This document shows positions 35,777 to 38,304 of a stretch of DNA of 38,304 nt, piece after piece. The DNA lies in the IMG/VR virus record IMGVR_UViG_3300017648_000195, positions 1 through 38,304 of that record; one strand, 5' to 3'. The position numbers and the translations under genes are program-made. This DNA is from a virus. Its lineage: Duplodnaviria; Caudoviricetes. Under the pieces are notes generated by a model. That model did not search any database. It worked only from the letters and a program-made list of their open reading frames with translations, and had not been told where the DNA came from. Within the stretch, counting starts at the first letter, position 1. Every line of letters begins with the position of its first letter.

Positions 35777-37534
35777 TCAATCACCTTTTGGTCGATTCGC
35801 GTCCATTATTCTAACCAATGTTTCGCGCTTTGCATCAAGTTGGTCGCGTTCCAATTCGCTTTCATATGTTCGGACAAAATTATCGACCGTCAACGGCGAC
35901 GGACCATCCCGCATTGGCGATGTTGCAAGATCGAATTTGTTCGTCAGTCGGCCTTGCTTGTCGAATTCATATGCGACGATGCCAGCACCGATAATCACTC
36001 GGAAGCGTCGTGTATCCATATCGAAGGATATAAAGTCGATAATCTGCGTGAGTGCTTGCGCGATCTTTGACCGGCTCTCGTAGACTTTCTCGTCCGATCC
36101 GGTTTCCCACATCATGCGCTCGCTGGCGATCCGTTCGGCAAGCGAGTTAGCGTTACGTTCTGCACTGTCCAGCGTCATCAAATCAGCGCGCAATATTTCG
36201 AGTTCGGCTTTGGTGCTATCCTCGCGGGATCGACGTTCGGTCAGTGCCCGCATCACGTCCGCACGAGTTGCGTCATCTTCGGCCATCGCTGCAACGCTCA
36301 TGAGGTTTTTGCGCTGCTTCTCCAATTCCGCGAGCGTGGTTTCGTGGCTAGCTATCTTCTCCTGCAACTGCTGCTTTCCAGCGCTGTTGTTTTCACGAGC
36401 AAACGCGGAGAATGAGTGAAACTCCCTCACGTGATCGAGAATTGCATTCTCAACCTTGTCGTATCGGAATTGTCCGCTTGGTCCGGTGCATGGTCCACCG
36501 CGATAGTTGTTGTCACAACGAATGTACTTTTGAGGGTTCTTTGCAGCACCGCCCGTTTTAATGAGCATTCGGCCCTGACAATGTGCGCAAGTGGCGAGTG
36601 GCCCAATTAGGTTCGTGAGCCTTTCGCCTTTTCGTCCGGCTGAATTGCGAACCCGCTTGTTCTTCTGCACTCTCCAGAAAAGTTCCTCACTAATTACCGC
36701 TGGCAGATACCCGCGCAGTAATTCGCCGTATGGTTGTGACTTTCCGTTAACACGATGAACCGGCTGATACGTTCCGATCACCGCTTCGTTCCGTAAAATT
36801 AACCCTACCGTTGGCTGTTGCCATTCACCTTTACCGGTCAGGGTAGGGGTCTTCGCCTCATTGAGACGACGAGTAATTACGATCTGGCCTATGCCTGCAT
36901 CGGCCCACTCGTATATCTGTCGCACTGTGTCGGCATGCTTGTTCAGCCGGTACTCATATTTGTCCGGTGCAATCTCGATTTGATCGAGCCAACGGAACAT
37001 GTGATGTGAAAAACGTGTCTCACCGGCAAGCGCCCGTTTGCGTCTGCCTTCGGCTGCTCGTTGCAGTCGGTCACTTTTTGTCTGGCTCTCTTCATGTGCA
37101 CGAGACATGATTGCCAGCGACATCATTAATTGCGTCCAGTTCTCGTCAACGGTCGCATCGGAGTAAACCTGCTTATCTGCAAGCGTTACAATGGTTATTC
37201 CGGCGTTGATTAGATCGATGAACGGGCCGAGCGCGTTACGAACTTGCAGTCGTGAAAGTCGATCCAACGACTCAACGAGCAGGTAACTACCGCGTTTGAT
37301 TTGTCCGCTTTGCACAAGTTCCAGAAAGCGTCCAAGCGCGCCGGATCGCACGTTTGCACCAGTGTAAGCACTGACGCCAATATCGTGCAGAGAGTCGTCC
37401 AAACGGAGATTGTTTTCGGCTGCATATTCGCGACTGCGTTCTAGCTGGCGACGAAGCGAATCACCCTTCAACTGTTGTTGGGTACTCATGCGCACATAAG
37501 AATATGCAGTGGGGCGAATGTCGGTTTCTTCCAT
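35777..37534 (-). CDS. Large serine recombinase (prophage integrase)
   Basis: AYSYVRMST, ESLDRLSR, recombinase domain, Zn ribbon CAHC...C...C, coiled coil; 585 aa. Confidence 0.95.
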   Translation of the reverse strand: MEETDIRPTAYSYVRMSTQQQLKGDSLRRQLERSREYAAENNLRLDDSLHDIGVSAYTGANVRSGALGRFLELVQSGQIKRGSYLLVESLDRLSRLQVRNALGPFIDLINAGITIVTLADKQVYSDATVDENWTQLMMSLAIMSRAHEESQTKSDRLQRAAEGRRKRALAGETRFSHHMFRWLDQIEIAPDKYEYRLNKHADTVRQIYEWADAGIGQIVITRRLNEAKTPTLTGKGEWQQPTVGLILRNEAVIGTYQPVHRVNGKSQPYGELLRGYLPAVISEELFWRVQKNKRVRNSAGRKGERLTNLIGPLATCAHCQGRMLIKTGGAAKNPQKYIRCDNNYRGGPCTGPSGQFRYDKVENAILDHVREFHSFSAFARENNSAGKQQLQEKIASHETTLAELEKQRKNLMSVAAMAEDDATRADVMRALTERRSREDSTKAELEILRADLMTLDSAERNANSLAERIASERMMWETGSDEKVYESRSKIAQALTQIIDFISFDMDTRRFRVIIGAGIVAYEFDKQGRLTNKFDLATSPMRDGPSPLTVDNFVRTYESELERDQLDAKRETLVRIMDANRPKGD

Positions 37535-37548
37535 TGGTACAGCCTTCT

Positions 37549-37572
37549 TTAACCATTAACGGCTATGGTTAA
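37549..37572. promoter_or_regulatory. Inverted TTAACCAT pair (CtrA-type half sites or att arm)
   Basis: TTAACCAT-N8-ATGGTTAA just upstream of the integrase start. Confidence 0.5.
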
Positions 37573-37616
37573 GGAACTCCCTTCATTTAGCAGTTGCTAA
37601 CTAAGTCGCTTAACGT

Positions 37617-37627
37617 AATAGCACAAT
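37617..37627 (+). repeat. Candidate attR core AATAGCACAAT
   Basis: Identical to 2508-2518; lies between the integrase and the first high-GC host gene. Confidence 0.3.
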
Positions 37628-37640
37628 ACAAAACTTAACG

Positions 37641-37656
37641 TTAAGTCGGATTTAAC
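37641..37656 (+). promoter_or_regulatory. CtrA binding site
   Basis: TTAA-GTCGGAT-TTAAC, exact TTAA-N7-TTAA(C) consensus, upstream of the host OMP gene. Confidence 0.7.
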
Positions 37657-37731
37657 TTTTGCCGAATAGTCTTCCCCACAAACATCCGTACCGTCGCTTC
37701 CGGCGGCGTGATTCTCCGATGGGGCAGACAT

Positions 37732-38304
37732 ATGAAAAGTCTTACGAAAACTCTTTTTGCCGGTGTGGCGGCATCGGTTGCCCTCACGGCCATGGTATCT
37801 GTCGCGCTGGCGGCCGATATCATCGAACCTGTGCCGGAAGTCCCTGAAGTCGTTGTCGCTCCGCCTGCCGTTGGCGGCTGGTATCTGCGCGGCGACATCG
37901 GATACTCCAAGGCCAAGTTCAAGGATGCGGATTACGCAACCATTGATAATTGCGACACCTGCGGCGGCGGCTCGCCGACCTTCGGCAGCAACACGCTCTA
38001 TGGCGACCTGAAGGGCTCATTCCTTGTGGGCGGCGGTGTCGGCTATCAGGTGACGGATTATTTCCGCACCGACCTGACGGTCGACTACATGACCCGCGCC
38101 AAGTTCGATGGCCATACCTATGGCTCGGCCTGTAACGGCGATATCAACTGCGCTTCCGACGAGCGCGGCCGTTTCTCTGCACTTTCCATTCTGGCCAATG
38201 CCTATGTCGATCTCGGCAATTTCGCCGGCTTCACGCCTTATGTCGGCGCCGGTATCGGCGGCACCCGCGTAAAGTGGGGCGATCTCGACGATGTTCGTTA
38301 TGGC
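37732..38304 (+). CDS. Host outer-membrane beta-barrel protein (opacity/porin family), 3' end beyond window
   Basis: Own translation: MKSLTKTLFAGVAASVALTAMVSVALAADIIEP...GGWYLRGDIGYS...GGGVGYQ...ANAYVDLG...TPYVGAGIG; high GC; no stop in the window. Confidence 0.9.
   Translation, partial: MKSLTKTLFAGVAASVALTAMVSVALAADIIEPVPEVPEVVVAPPAVGGWYLRGDIGYSKAKFKDADYATIDNCDTCGGGSPTFGSNTLYGDLKGSFLVGGGVGYQVTDYFRTDLTVDYMTRAKFDGHTYGSACNGDINCASDERGRFSALSILANAYVDLGNFAGFTPYVGAGIGGTRVKWGDLDDVRYG

Larger units (their letters stand above)
2508..37627. mobile_element. Integrated podovirus-like prophage or satellite-like element (boundaries tentative)
   Basis: Terminase-portal-capsid-tail module plus a large serine recombinase; visibly lower GC than the host gene starting at 37732. 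Ends set at an 11-bp direct repeat AATAGCACAAT; the left end could lie further left, outside the window. Confidence 0.85.

Noticed and set aside
1-38304. CRISPR array, tRNA, rRNA or IS element
   Set aside because: No regularly spaced repeats, cloverleaf or transposase recognised by eye.

Overview
Brucella/Ochrobactrum-type chromosomal window (assigned from an Omp2b-like porin and a Brucella-type FliC) almost entirely occupied by a ~35 kb integrated podovirus-like element. It has a large serine integrase at the right end and a full virion module: TerS, TerL, portal, scaffold, SU10/DUF5309-type capsid, adaptor, nozzle, ejection proteins, virion lysozyme and tail fibre. I could not recognise a DNA polymerase, primase, helicase, RNA polymerase, sigma factor, CI-like repressor or endolysin. 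The most striking unexplained signal is a TAAATA hexamer (once the full TATAAATA), matching the T4-type gp55 late promoter. It sits just upstream of most structural transcription units, several other element genes and two small structured RNAs. This suggests a full-capsid satellite-like prophage switched on by a T4-like helper phage (inference). Cargo with host-type promoters points to surface-receptor remodelling and defence: an intact extra flagellin, a SIR2-like protein, a lipoprotein and a PEBP protein. At the left edge is a cassette of a catalytically degenerate tyrosine recombinase, an Omp2 porin and a downstream sRNA complementary to the porin ribosome-binding site. Whether that cassette lies inside the element cannot be settled from this window. 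All family assignments and motif counts were made by eye, not by database search.
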